DNA from: Alphaproteobacteria bacterium
GTDB taxonomy: Bacteria > Pseudomonadota > Alphaproteobacteria > MPNO01 > UBA830
Direction: 5' to 3'
NCBI GenBank assembly: GCA_965243135.1
Contig: OZ251539.1
Coordinates: 256,001 to 320,000 of the forward strand
DNA: 64,000 nt
Position 1 is the first letter of the stretch, and each line of letters begins with the position of its first letter. The position numbers and the translations under genes are program-made. Under the pieces are notes generated by a model, which was not told the origin of the DNA, did no database searches, and saw nothing but the letters and a program-made list of their open reading frames with translations. Shown in pieces: positions 43,420 through 52,195 of this stretch.

Positions 43420-44043
43420 CTACGCGACGGGCTTCATGACGTGGCGCCGGTATCCGGGGCGTTCGCAAAGGGCGTCGAACCAGCGCCTCAAATGAGGATA
43501 GTCCTCGCGTTCGATCGGCATGTTGAACCAGCGCCAGGCCGCGATGCCGACCGGAATGTCGCCCATCGAAAAGGCGGCGCCCGCCATGAAGGCGTTCGCT
43601 GCGAGATTGGCGTCCATGATCGCCATCGCGCCGGACAGTTCCCCGCGCGCTTTCGCGATGGAATCCGGGTTCCGCCGTTCCGGCGGCGTCCGGACAAGTC
43701 CGCGGAATACCGGCACCATCGCCGGGCTCACCCTAGTGGCCTGCCAGTCCATCCAGCGCTCTGCCGATGCGCGCGCTCTGGCGTCCGACGGGCAGAGACC
43801 GCCCGCGCCGTACCGGGCGGCGAGATATCGGACGATGGCGTTGGACTCCCAAAGCGTGAACCCGTCGTCCTCGACGACGGTCGGCACCAGGCCGTTGGGA
43901 TTCATCGCCAGATAGGCGGCCGTGTCGTTGCCGCCGAAGCCGCCCCCTACGTCCTCGCGTTCGAAGGCTATATCGAGCTCGGCGCAGGCCCAGAGCACCT
44001 TCATCACGTTCGACGAGGTATCGCGTCCCAGTATTTTGAGCAT
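43420..44043 (-). CDS. Glutathione S-transferase family protein
   Basis: SSNVMKVLW, MNPNGLVP, LWESNAIVRYL, FSMGDI. Confidence 0.93.
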   Translation of the reverse strand: MLKILGRDTSSNVMKVLWACAELDIAFEREDVGGGFGGNDTAAYLAMNPNGLVPTVVEDDGFTLWESNAIVRYLAARYGAGGLCPSDARARASAERWMDWQATRVSPAMVPVFRGLVRTPPERRNPDSIAKARGELSGAMAIMDANLAANAFMAGAAFSMGDIPVGIAAWRWFNMPIEREDYPHLRRWFDALCERPGYRRHVMKPVA

Positions 44044-44121
44044 GTTGCGCTCCGCCTCCGGCGCGAGGAGTATTCCGCATCGGCGGCGGTCTGTCGAGGT
44101 TCGGCGGGCAGATGCGCGGGT

Positions 44122-44204
44122 ACGGCGTACGCTGCGTCGCGACGACGAAACGAATGCTGGCCCGCCTGACGCTCGAACGATCAGGCTTCCGACCTGCAGA
44201 GTCG
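44122..44204 (+). repeat. ~85-bp repeat (other copies 48639-48739, 53801-53894) equal to the 5' end of the alpha/beta hydrolase gene
   Basis: ACGGCGTAYGCTGCGTYGCGACGAYGAAAC...GCCTGACGCTCGAACGATCAGGCTTCCGACCTGCAGAG. Confidence 0.85.
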
Positions 44205-44483
44205 CGGCGGCTTTAGCAACTCCGCCTTCTCGGCGTACCTTCCGGGAGCGTCAGCCGCTTTGGCGGAAATCGCCGAAAATGAATGACGAAGGCTCAATTC
44301 GCGTTATGTGCGGGAGCTCGGTCGCCAACTGACGGGAATTACGCAGAAATCTCTCTTAAGATGCTGAAATATATCCATGATTTTTTGTGTTCCTAGGACC
44401 CTTCCAAGGCGCTGACGTATCATGTTGCGCAAAGCTGCACATGCATGATGCGAATTGAGCCTTCAGCGATTCCCGCCAAAGCG

Positions 44484-44684
44484 GACGCTCCCGGAAGGGC
44501 GGAGTGGACAAGCCACCGGACATGATGGCATTTCTTCATCCGAAGGCAAAATTTCCCCTCAGGCTCCCGGAAACGCGCCATCAACCGACGCTCCCGGAAG
44601 GGCGGAGTGGACAAGCCACCGGACATGATGGCATTTCTTCATCCGAAGGCAAAATTTCCCCTCAGGCTCCCGGAAACGCGCCAT
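44484..44684 (+). repeat. Exact 98-bp tandem duplication (44484-44581, 44587-44684) separated by CAACC
   Basis: Base-by-base identity of the two units. Confidence 0.95.
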
Positions 44685-44744
44685 GGCGGCGAGTCGGATG
44701 TTCTACGGGCCCCGAACGCCGCACCGCGCGCGGCGTCTCCTTTC

Positions 44745-45020
44745 CGGCCGTGACCGACGGCATCCTGACCGCGCTGGCCGAAGGGCGCGAACGGCTCGGC
44801 GTCGCCTCGCCGCTCTCCAAGCTCCGCGGGGTCACCGACCTCCGGCGAAATCCGCTGAAGCGCATGGCCGCGCTTAAGGCCGCCGTCAACTCGGACGACC
44901 CGTCCAATTTTGGTGGCTGATCGCTGGACAACTTCGCAGTGATCGCCGCCGCGCTCGACCTCGACCGGCTGATCGCCCTGGCTTGGAACTCGACCAAGGG
45001 CTCGTTCCTCGATGAGTCCG
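44745..45020 (+). pseudogene. C-terminal relic of adenine/adenosine deaminase
   Basis: PLS.KLRGV.DL...PLKRM...LKA.VNSDDPS.FGG*.LDNF...AAALDL...LA.NS..GSFLDE; in-frame TGA at 44918-44920. Confidence 0.7.
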
Positions 45021-45113
45021 CCAGAAAGGCGCCCCGGACAGGCCGCCGCAGCTGCGGAGTGAACCCAGAGCGCAGGTCCGAAGGCGAACGCCGCCGCTCA
45101 GAGCCGCTGCGCT

Positions 45114-45495
45114 TCATGCCCTGCTCTCGGTGCGCAGTCCGCCGACGCGTTCGAATTCCCGGGTGTTGTTGGTCACCAGGGTCAGGCCCCGACTGCGGGC
45201 GTGTCCGGCGATCATCAAGTCGTAGGGCGGTGTGCCGGTTCGCTCCGGCCCTGATTTCACCATAATGCGCCGCCGCTTTTTCTTCGAACGGAAGGACCTC
45301 CAGCCACGCGGCGAAAGACCCGACCACGCCGAGGTTTCGTGCCGACGATTCGGATTTTGCCGCGCCGTAATGCAGTTCCGCCAGACTGACCGACGAAATA
45401 CGCAATTGCTCCGCGCGCTCGTTGAAGATCCGCCTGACTTCGGACGGCCGGTCGACGTAAATGCAGATGTTCGTGTCGAGCATGTAGCGGAGCAC
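45114..45495 (-). pseudogene. vapC: VapC PIN-domain toxin, frameshifted (copy 1)
   Basis: YMLDTNICIY, ISSVSLAELHYGA; C-terminal YDLMIAGHA...LVTNNTREF lies in a different frame. Confidence 0.85.
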
Positions 45496-45975
45496 CTACA
45501 CGCCCTCGCGCTCCTGCATGGGCAGCTGCGCGAGATCGCTCATGAAATCGGCCCGCGGGCCGTCGAAGAAGCTGTCCCATAGCGCATCCGCGGGCGTAAT
45601 CAGTCGCGCTTGGCCGAGCTTGATGATCCGAACGCGTTTGACGTTTTCCGGCAGCGCAACCGCCTTGGGCAGACGGATAGCCTGACTCTTGTCGATTATG
45701 AAGACGGTGGCGTGATCCATTGATTCGATGCCCGTCGAAGGTGACTTTCCAGACTGTATACCGCGCCTCGGAAGGCGTCAATGCAATGCGCGACGCCCTG
45801 CTGCCGCGTCGACCGAAGTAGCGTCGTTCCCTCCGAGATGTCTTCCGCTTTGTTGGCTTTTCGTTTGGCTCAATTTGCAATTCGTATTGACGAAGAGTTA
45901 CAGCCAAACAAGTCCTGAGCAGCTTCCTTGAGAGCAAGGAACCCCGACGGTATGGTCCGGCAGTTGCCGGAGCAA
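45161..45975. repeat. ~0.8-kb segmental duplication (second copy 50642-51684) covering vapBC and upstream DNA
   Basis: Near-identical sequence; second copy carries an extra 232-bp insertion. Confidence 0.92.
45496..45720 (-). CDS. vapB: VapB antitoxin (AbrB/SpoVT type), copy 1
   Basis: TVF...KSQAIRLPKAVALP, WDSFFDGP...DFM. Confidence 0.88.
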   Translation of the reverse strand: MDHATVFIIDKSQAIRLPKAVALPENVKRVRIIKLGQARLITPADALWDSFFDGPRADFMSDLAQLPMQEREGV

Positions 45976-46029
45976 CGGAGGGCCTCAACGTTTCCCGGAC
46001 GGCTCAAGCTTGCGCGGCCCGCCGCCGCG

Positions 46030-46260
46030 CCGGCGGCGGTCGACAACGCCACGGCCCTGCCTCGGGTCGAAAACCTCCCGTCCCCTCGTCCCCACCGACG
46101 AGCCCCCGAGCTTCGGCAGCGGGTCGGCGAAGACCTTCGTCACCAACATCCAATCTCCGAGATCCCGGCCGTGAGCGGCGGCGGGGCTGTCTCCTACACC
46201 GCCTCCGGCCTACCGGCGGGGCGCAGACGGTCACCGTCACCGCGCAGGACGCGAACCGGG
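46030..46260 (+). pseudogene. Fragment of an Ig-like (He_PIG-type) repeat
   Basis: PSFG, PAVSGGGAVSYTASGLPAG, TVTVTAQDAN in shifting frames. Confidence 0.5.
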
Positions 46261-46447
46261 CCGTGCGACCAGTGTGCACGCTCCGGCCACGCGCCGCCCA
46301 CCCAGGCGAGGCTGCGCAGTGCCGTCAGCACCGCGTGATACGCGATGTTCCATTGCTTGCCATGGCGGAGACAGTGCACTAATTTTGGAATCATGGTTTC
46401 TGACACGGGACAAGACAATGACTCCACTGCCACAAGAAGCCGGAGGC

Positions 46448-47161
46448 ATGGAACCGATGTCGGGTTACGCGGAAGCACGGCGTTTTGACGCGGCGCGCGC
46501 CAAGACGCCGGAACCCCCGCTCGGTATGCGCGTGCGGCACGCGTCTCATCCTTATCCCCATATTCGCCTTTATCCGTTGCTGGATGGCGTCTTGGCGGAG
46601 GGCATGCTGTCATGGCTGTGCGACACGGAAGCATGGCGGCGGCGGGACCGGTCATTCTATCGGCACGACTCGTTTGCCGTGACGCCTGGCGTTATACCGC
46701 CGGATCTTCGGGCGGCCGTATCTCCGCGGTGGTTGACACCGCTGCGCGAGGTACTGCAATCGCATCTCGACGTGAAACTCCATTCGTTTGCGTGGGTGGA
46801 AGCGCATCGCTCGTCCTCGCAGGACGAAGTCGGTGTCCATACCGATGCCGGCGCAAACGAAGTACGCGTTGTGCTCAATCTCAACGCGGGCTGGACCGCG
46901 AACCACGGCGGTCTGCTTCTGTTGCAGGATCGTCCGGTGTCGCCGTGCCACTGCGTCGGCTATCTCCCGCTTCACAATACCGCCACGGCGTTCCGTACGA
47001 CCGCCGTTTCATACCATCAGGTATCGCATATCAGGGAAGGCCAACGCTACGCTTTGCTATACCGGTTTCCGATTGATGGACCACCAGCGGCAGAAACTGA
47101 TGGACGCCGGGAAATTCCCATCGTCTTGGTAGGCAATTCTCATCGGTGGCCGTCTTGCTGA
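46448..47161 (+). CDS. 2OG-Fe(II) oxygenase (prolyl-hydroxylase-like, resembles cyclophane-RiPP-associated YhhC type)
   Basis: GGAGG RBS; HTD...H(SYHQV) iron triad, GGLL, PLHN, distal R (QRYAL); N-terminal PYPH and W...FY. Confidence 0.8.
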   Translation: MEPMSGYAEARRFDAARAKTPEPPLGMRVRHASHPYPHIRLYPLLDGVLAEGMLSWLCDTEAWRRRDRSFYRHDSFAVTPGVIPPDLRAAVSPRWLTPLREVLQSHLDVKLHSFAWVEAHRSSSQDEVGVHTDAGANEVRVVLNLNAGWTANHGGLLLLQDRPVSPCHCVGYLPLHNTATAFRTTAVSYHQVSHIREGQRYALLYRFPIDGPPAAETDGRREIPIVLVGNSHRWPSC

Positions 47162-47191
47162 TGATTTTCATGATTTTCGAGTAAACGCCAG

Positions 47192-47983
47192 ATGAGACGG
47201 GAGCAAATCTTCGAGTACTGGCAGGGAAGACCACTCAAATTTAGAGTAGTAATATCTTTTCTTGTTATAGCGTTTGGGATAATAGCTTTTTTGATCGGAA
47301 TAATTTTGGACTATGTAAAGCCGGGAGAAAATTTTTTTCTTGCACTTACAAATACACTTCTTGCTGCGGGAATTACCCTTTTGGTTTATGCGTTTATCTC
47401 GTTTTTGGAGAAACCGGAAAAAGACTTGGAAATTCCGGATATCTTTTACACAGCAGCCCAAAAGCAGGTTTCCAGAACTCAGTTTTACCGAACGGATTGT
47501 AAAGTAAATTTTGTTGTAGAAAATAACGAATTTCATTTTAATTCATATTCTAGCTTAATTCAGATTCATCAGCAGGGTAGCGCAAGACCTACAATACCTT
47601 ATCCAAGTGGGGAGGTCCCCAAAAACCTGAAACTTATTACAGGTCCTGTATATTATCGTGATGGAATAGAGCAGCCGAAAAATAAGCCGATCGAAATCGG
47701 AAGAGAAGAAAGAGTCAAGATCGAATATGAAATCATAGGAGGAGAGATCGGGGATACTCATAACTGGAAAAGCCCCGTGCATGGTTTCGAGCTAACAGCC
47801 CAGCTTCCCCTTGGGTCCGCAATGGAAGTTTTCGCGCTTTCGTCGTCCAGCTCCGGGTATGGCGAGGAATCAATTGATAACTCATATACTAAGGAAGGTG
47901 GATGGTTGTTTAGATACGACAAGCCTTTGTTTCCACATCAAGGATTTCGTTGGAAGATAATTCTCCCCAGCGATTCCTGCTAA
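47192..47983 (+). CDS. Hypothetical low-GC protein with two N-terminal TM helices and beta-rich C-terminal domain
   Basis: 263-aa open frame in markedly AT-rich DNA; hydrophobic stretches around aa 19-39 and 48-71. Confidence 0.75.
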   Translation: MRREQIFEYWQGRPLKFRVVISFLVIAFGIIAFLIGIILDYVKPGENFFLALTNTLLAAGITLLVYAFISFLEKPEKDLEIPDIFYTAAQKQVSRTQFYRTDCKVNFVVENNEFHFNSYSSLIQIHQQGSARPTIPYPSGEVPKNLKLITGPVYYRDGIEQPKNKPIEIGREERVKIEYEIIGGEIGDTHNWKSPVHGFELTAQLPLGSAMEVFALSSSSSGYGEESIDNSYTKEGGWLFRYDKPLFPHQGFRWKIILPSDSC

Positions 47984-48239
47984 AAGGCGACAGACTTTCT
48001 CGGGCGAACCAGCTCTTGGTCAAAGTTGCGATGGAAACCCTTGATCCGCGAGAACGGCCACGCACAGAACTTGAAATTCTCCTGTCACGCATATTCACCG
48101 TCCAAGCCATCGCGTGCGACATGAAAAGGGTGTGGAGGATACAAATCTGATACCGCCAAACCCGAAACAGCCATTGATTGTCAACAGCTATTCGAGTACA
48201 GGCTGCGACGCTTCAAGGCCAGCGACTTCGTGGCATAAC

Positions 48240-48400
48240 ACCGTTCTCGGCGCGAATTTTGGCACGGGGCCGGAAGACAAAAAAGAATGCTTCTAGCGCA
48301 TGGCAGAACGTGGCCCTCAACCCGATCTCGCAATCTTCGAATGGTTTGTCCCTTTTGATTCTCTCTCGGGAGACCGCCGGGGCGCTGCGGGCGTTCGCGG
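48240..48400 (+). repeat. Diverged ~160-185-bp repeat, second copy 61135-61320
   Basis: Shared blocks TTYGGCACGGG.CCGGA.G.CAAAAA.GAATGCT and TTGTCCCTTT.G.TTCTCTCTCG.GA.ACCGCCG.GGCGCTGC...CGTTCGCG. Confidence 0.7.
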
Positions 48401-48661
48401 CATGCGGCGAATGCGCCTGCGTTCAGGCCACGGCCCGGCTCGCCCCGGGTTTGCGACGCGGCGGCGCGGCAACCGGATATTCGTTTTTTGTTCTGAAATC
48501 TGAGCGTCCGCGAGGCCCTTGCGGGTCCGTCGGCGGGCGGCGAAACGGTCCACAGGATGCCGAGCGGACGGCAGGCCGACAAAAAATGGCACAGCGCAAA
48601 CGACTCTCTGTCGAGGCTCGGTGGGCAAACGCGCGGGGACGGCGTATGCTGCGTTGCGACG

Positions 48662-49456
48662 ATGAAACAAACGCTGGCCATCCGCTCGCCTGACGCTCGA
48701 ACGATCAGGCTTCCGACCTGCAGAGTCGAAGTTTCGCGCTTTGGGCGCGGGCGTCCAGTGCTCGTTCTTCACGGCGAAGAGGGGTACGAACTGTCCCTGC
48801 CGTTCGTCGACGATCTTGCGAGGCGGCGGGAGGTGTTCGCGCCGCGCATGCCGGGATTCGGAAAATCGCCAATGCCGGAATTCGTTCGCAGCGTGGACGA
48901 CGTTTCCTATATCTGGCTCGACCTTCTCGATCATTACGATCTGACGGACCTCGACGTGATCGGCTTTTCGGTCGGCGGCTGGCTCGCGGCCGAGATGGCG
49001 ACCAAGAACGGCGCCCGGCTCCGGCGGCTGGTTCTGGCAGGGGCGCTTGGCGTCAAGTTCGGCGGCGCCTACGATCGCGACATTGCGGACATCTATTTTC
49101 ATAGCGTCGAAGAAGTTCGTGCGATGCGCTTTCACGATACGGGGAAGGATCCGCATTCGTTCGGGATGTCGAAGCGCGAAGCGCTGGCAGTCGCGCGGCA
49201 ACGCGAAGCCATCGCCCGGCTGTGTTGGGATCCCTATTTCCACAATCCTTCGTTGCGGCGCAGGTTGCACCGGATCGACGTTCCCACCCTTGTCGTGTGG
49301 GGCGCGCAGGACGGCATAACTCCGCTGCGGTACGGCCGCGCCTACGCCCGCTCCATATCCGGAGCGCGCTTCGCGACCGTGCCGCGCGCCGGACATTTTC
49401 CGCATGTTGAACAGCCGCAGCGCTTTGCCGGCGTGATCGACGAGTTTCTCGCCTGA
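48662..49456 (+). CDS. Alpha/beta fold hydrolase
   Basis: VLVLHG, PGFG, GFSVGG nucleophile elbow, VWGAQD, AGHFPHVE. Confidence 0.88.
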   Translation: MKQTLAIRSPDARTIRLPTCRVEVSRFGRGRPVLVLHGEEGYELSLPFVDDLARRREVFAPRMPGFGKSPMPEFVRSVDDVSYIWLDLLDHYDLTDLDVIGFSVGGWLAAEMATKNGARLRRLVLAGALGVKFGGAYDRDIADIYFHSVEEVRAMRFHDTGKDPHSFGMSKREALAVARQREAIARLCWDPYFHNPSLRRRLHRIDVPTLVVWGAQDGITPLRYGRAYARSISGARFATVPRAGHFPHVEQPQRFAGVIDEFLA

Positions 49457-49457
49457 G

Positions 49458-50624
49458 GTGCGGCGCGTGGAGTTCTATCATTTCACCGAGTTCCCCTGGC
49501 CGCATCTGCCGCCCGAAGACCGATTCACCTCGATGCGACTCAATCTTCCGAGCGGCTTATACGACCCCGCCGTCGGCGCCGATCTATACAACACATACCT
49601 CGACCAGTACCTGCTGGCGGACACGCTCGGACTGCACTGCATGGTCAACGAGCATCACCAGACGGCCACTTGCCTCAACGCTTCGGGCGTGGTGCCGCTG
49701 GCGATCCTCGCGCGGCAGACAACGAAGGCGCGGCTGCTGGTCCTTGGGAATCCCGCTGCGAATCTCGCCGATCCGGTGCGCTGCGCCGAGGAAATGGCGA
49801 TGATCGACAACATTTCCTACGGCCGCCTCGAGTGCGGTTTCGTGCGAGGCGTGCCTTACGAATTGTTCGCTTCCAATCGCAATCCGACCGAAACCTCCGA
49901 ACGGCTGTGGGATTCGATCGATCTGGTCATCAAGGCATGGACCACGCACGACGGTCCGTTCAACTATGAGGGCAAGTGGATTCACAAGCGCCAAGTGAAC
50001 GTCTGGCCGCGTCCCTACCAGCAACCGCACCCGCCGGTCTGGACGACGGGCGGCAGCGATCTGGCGCATGCCTGCCGCGCGGTCGGACGCGGCTTCACCT
50101 TCGCCATGTTTCTGACCCCTGCCGACAAGCTGGCCGCGATGTTCAACGGCGTGCGCGAGCATTTCCGTCGCCACGGCCGGCCGATGCCGGCGGACGACCG
50201 GTTCGCTTTCATGCCGCTGGTTGCGGTCGGCGAGACCGAGAAGGAGGCTCGCGAGGTGATCGAACAGGTGTTCTGGTACGTGACGAACAACAAGTCGGAG
50301 CCTCAATTCCGCGCGCCGCCCGGCTATATCGAGACGCCGCTTTACGCCGATTTTCTGGCTGGCCGCTTCACAGGCGGCCGCACGGATGCCGTTCGCGCCC
50401 GCGGGGTGGAGTACTTTCGCGACAATCATGTCGCCCTTTACGGCACGCCCGACAGCGTCGCGCGCCAGATCGAGGCGCTGTACGAGAAAATCGGCGGGTT
50501 CGGCCACCTCATCGCCATGCTGCATTCCGGTGACATGGACTTCCAGACGACGGCGAAGAGCATGACGCTGTTCGCTAAGGAGGTCGTGCCGAGGTTTTCA
50601 AAAGGGTACGCGGGGCAGCGGTGA
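49458..50624 (+). CDS. Luciferase-like (LLM) flavin-dependent monooxygenase
   Basis: VNEHH, AEEMAMID..S.GRL..GFVRG, WPRPYQQPHPP, GTPDSV, LFAKEVVP. Confidence 0.92.
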   Translation: MRRVEFYHFTEFPWPHLPPEDRFTSMRLNLPSGLYDPAVGADLYNTYLDQYLLADTLGLHCMVNEHHQTATCLNASGVVPLAILARQTTKARLLVLGNPAANLADPVRCAEEMAMIDNISYGRLECGFVRGVPYELFASNRNPTETSERLWDSIDLVIKAWTTHDGPFNYEGKWIHKRQVNVWPRPYQQPHPPVWTTGGSDLAHACRAVGRGFTFAMFLTPADKLAAMFNGVREHFRRHGRPMPADDRFAFMPLVAVGETEKEAREVIEQVFWYVTNNKSEPQFRAPPGYIETPLYADFLAGRFTGGRTDAVRARGVEYFRDNHVALYGTPDSVARQIEALYEKIGGFGHLIAMLHSGDMDFQTTAKSMTLFAKEVVPRFSKGYAGQR

Positions 50625-50629
50625 GAGCG

Positions 50630-50967
50630 CCCCCGGTTCCTGGGTGTTGTTGGTCACCAGGGTCAGGCTCGGGCGTGTCCGGCGATCGTCAAGTCGTAGG
50701 GCGGTGTGCCGGTTCGCCGGCCCTGATTTCACCATAACGCGCCGCCGCTTTTTCTTCGAACGGAAGGACCTCCAGCCGCGCGGCGAAAGATCCGACCACG
50801 CCAAGGTTTCGTGCCGACGATTCGGATTTTGCCGCTCCGTAATGCAGCTCCGCCTGACTGACCGACGAAATGCACAATTGCTCCGCGCGCTCGTTGAAGA
50901 TCCGCCTGACTTCGGACGGCCGGTCAACGTAAATGCAGATGTTCGTGTCGAGCATGTAGCGGAGCAC
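50630..50967 (-). pseudogene. vapC: VapC toxin, frameshifted/truncated (copy 2)
   Basis: Same N-terminus as copy 1, with frameshift near aa 85 and further deletions. Confidence 0.85.
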
Positions 50968-51192
50968 CTACATGCCCTCGCGTTCCTGCATGGGCGGCTG
51001 CGCGCGATCGCTCATGAAATCGGCCCGCGGGCCGTCGAAGAAGCTGTCCCATAGCGCATCCGCGGGCGTAATCAGTCGTGCTTGGCCGAGCTTGATGATC
51101 CGAACGCGTTTGACGTTTCCCGGCAGCGCAACCGCCTTGGGCAGACGGATGGCCTGACTCTTGTCGATCATGAAGACGGTGGCGTGATCCAT
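50968..51192 (-). CDS. vapB: VapB antitoxin, copy 2
   Basis: 74 aa, near-identical to 45496-45720. Confidence 0.88.
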   Translation of the reverse strand: MDHATVFMIDKSQAIRLPKAVALPGNVKRVRIIKLGQARLITPADALWDSFFDGPRADFMSDRAQPPMQEREGM

Positions 51193-51348
51193 TGATTCGA
51201 TGCCCGTCGAAGGTGACTTCCCAGACTGTATACCACGCCTCGGAAGGCGTCAATGCAGTGCGCGACGCCCTGCTGCCGCGTCGACCGAAGTAGCGTCGTT
51301 CCCTCCGAGATGTCTTCCGCTTCGTTGGCTTTTCGTTTTGCTCAATTT

Positions 51349-51580
51349 CAGAACTCCTGACATGCTGCCCGATAATCGGTTGTTTTTGTTTATTCTTTGT
51401 GCAATCGCCATTAAATATTTTATTGAACACGCGTCAGGGCGGCATGGTCGCGCCTTGTCTTCTTGCTCGACAACGCAGTCTCGTTCGCGGCTACCTTCGG
51501 CTTTTCGAGCGGTCCATCACCGCGCCTTTCCCAAGAAGTGTCGAACGTCCAGTAAAAATCTAACAATGTCAGGAGTTCTG
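51349..51580. mobile_element. 232-bp MITE with perfect 15-bp TIRs and 5-bp TSD
   Basis: CAGAACTCCTGACAT ... ATGTCAGGAGTTCTG flanked by AATTT on both sides; single AATTT empty site at 45872-45876. Confidence 0.93.
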
Positions 51581-51639
51581 AATTTGCAATTCGTATTAAC
51601 GAAGAGTCACAGCCAAACAAGTCCTGAGCAGCTTCCTTG

Positions 51640-52075
51640 AGAGCAAGGAACCCCGACGGTATGGTCCGGCAGTTGCCGGAGCAAGGCGGAGTTGCCGGAC
51701 TTCGGAGAGCGCCTCGGTTACGGTGGCAAGGCGGTGGACAGCCACTCGACGGGACAGGCCAGCCGCAAGACGGGAAAGACTTCCGACCCCGACTGGGGGA
51801 AGCACGAGACCGCCGGCAGCGAGACCGGCAAGATGAAGTCGTAGTCTGGGTTCTGGCTGCACGTGGATGCCAAGTACGAAATCCCGGTGGTCTTCGACGT
51901 TGCCCGGGCATCACGATCCGAGGTCAAGGAACCGAACGGGGACAGGTTGCTCGAGGAAACCCCGCTGCTGGCCGGGCGCTGCAAGGACTTCAGCGTGGAC
52001 CAGGGGCTCGACAGCGGGCCGCTCAAGGCGAAGTCGCGGGACGAGTTTAGCATCCGCCCGTTGATCGACACGCGG
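51640..52075 (+). pseudogene. Internal fragment of a DDE transposase (IS5/IS1182-like)
   Basis: ELPDFGE, GKAVDSHS, TSDP..WGKH, DAKYEIPV, DFSVDQGLDSG, IRPLIDTR across frames. Confidence 0.65.
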
Positions 52076-52195
52076 TGGCGCGTCCCTTTCGCCGGACTTT
52101 CGCCCGGCGCGTCCGTTCGCCGCGCCCGAAGCACGAAGCGCAGGCCGAACCCGCGGCGGCGTTCTTTCGCGGAGGCGGCCGTGACGGGACGCCGT

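Noticed and set aside
44484-44684. CRISPR repeat-spacer unit
   Set aside because: Two 98-bp units with a 5-bp gap is a tandem duplication, not repeat-spacer geometry
46373-46406. Possible transposon end (reverse strand TGTCAGAAACCATGATTCCAAAATTAGTGCAC)
   Set aside because: No matching partner end or target duplication found in the window
46340-47161. Complete cyclophane (triceptide) RiPP gene cluster
   Set aside because: No radical SAM/SPASM gene or precursor peptide seen nearby; only the oxygenase resemblance
48259-48276. sigma54 promoter (TTGGCACG)
   Set aside because: The -12 TTGC element is missing; the sequence is part of a dispersed repeat
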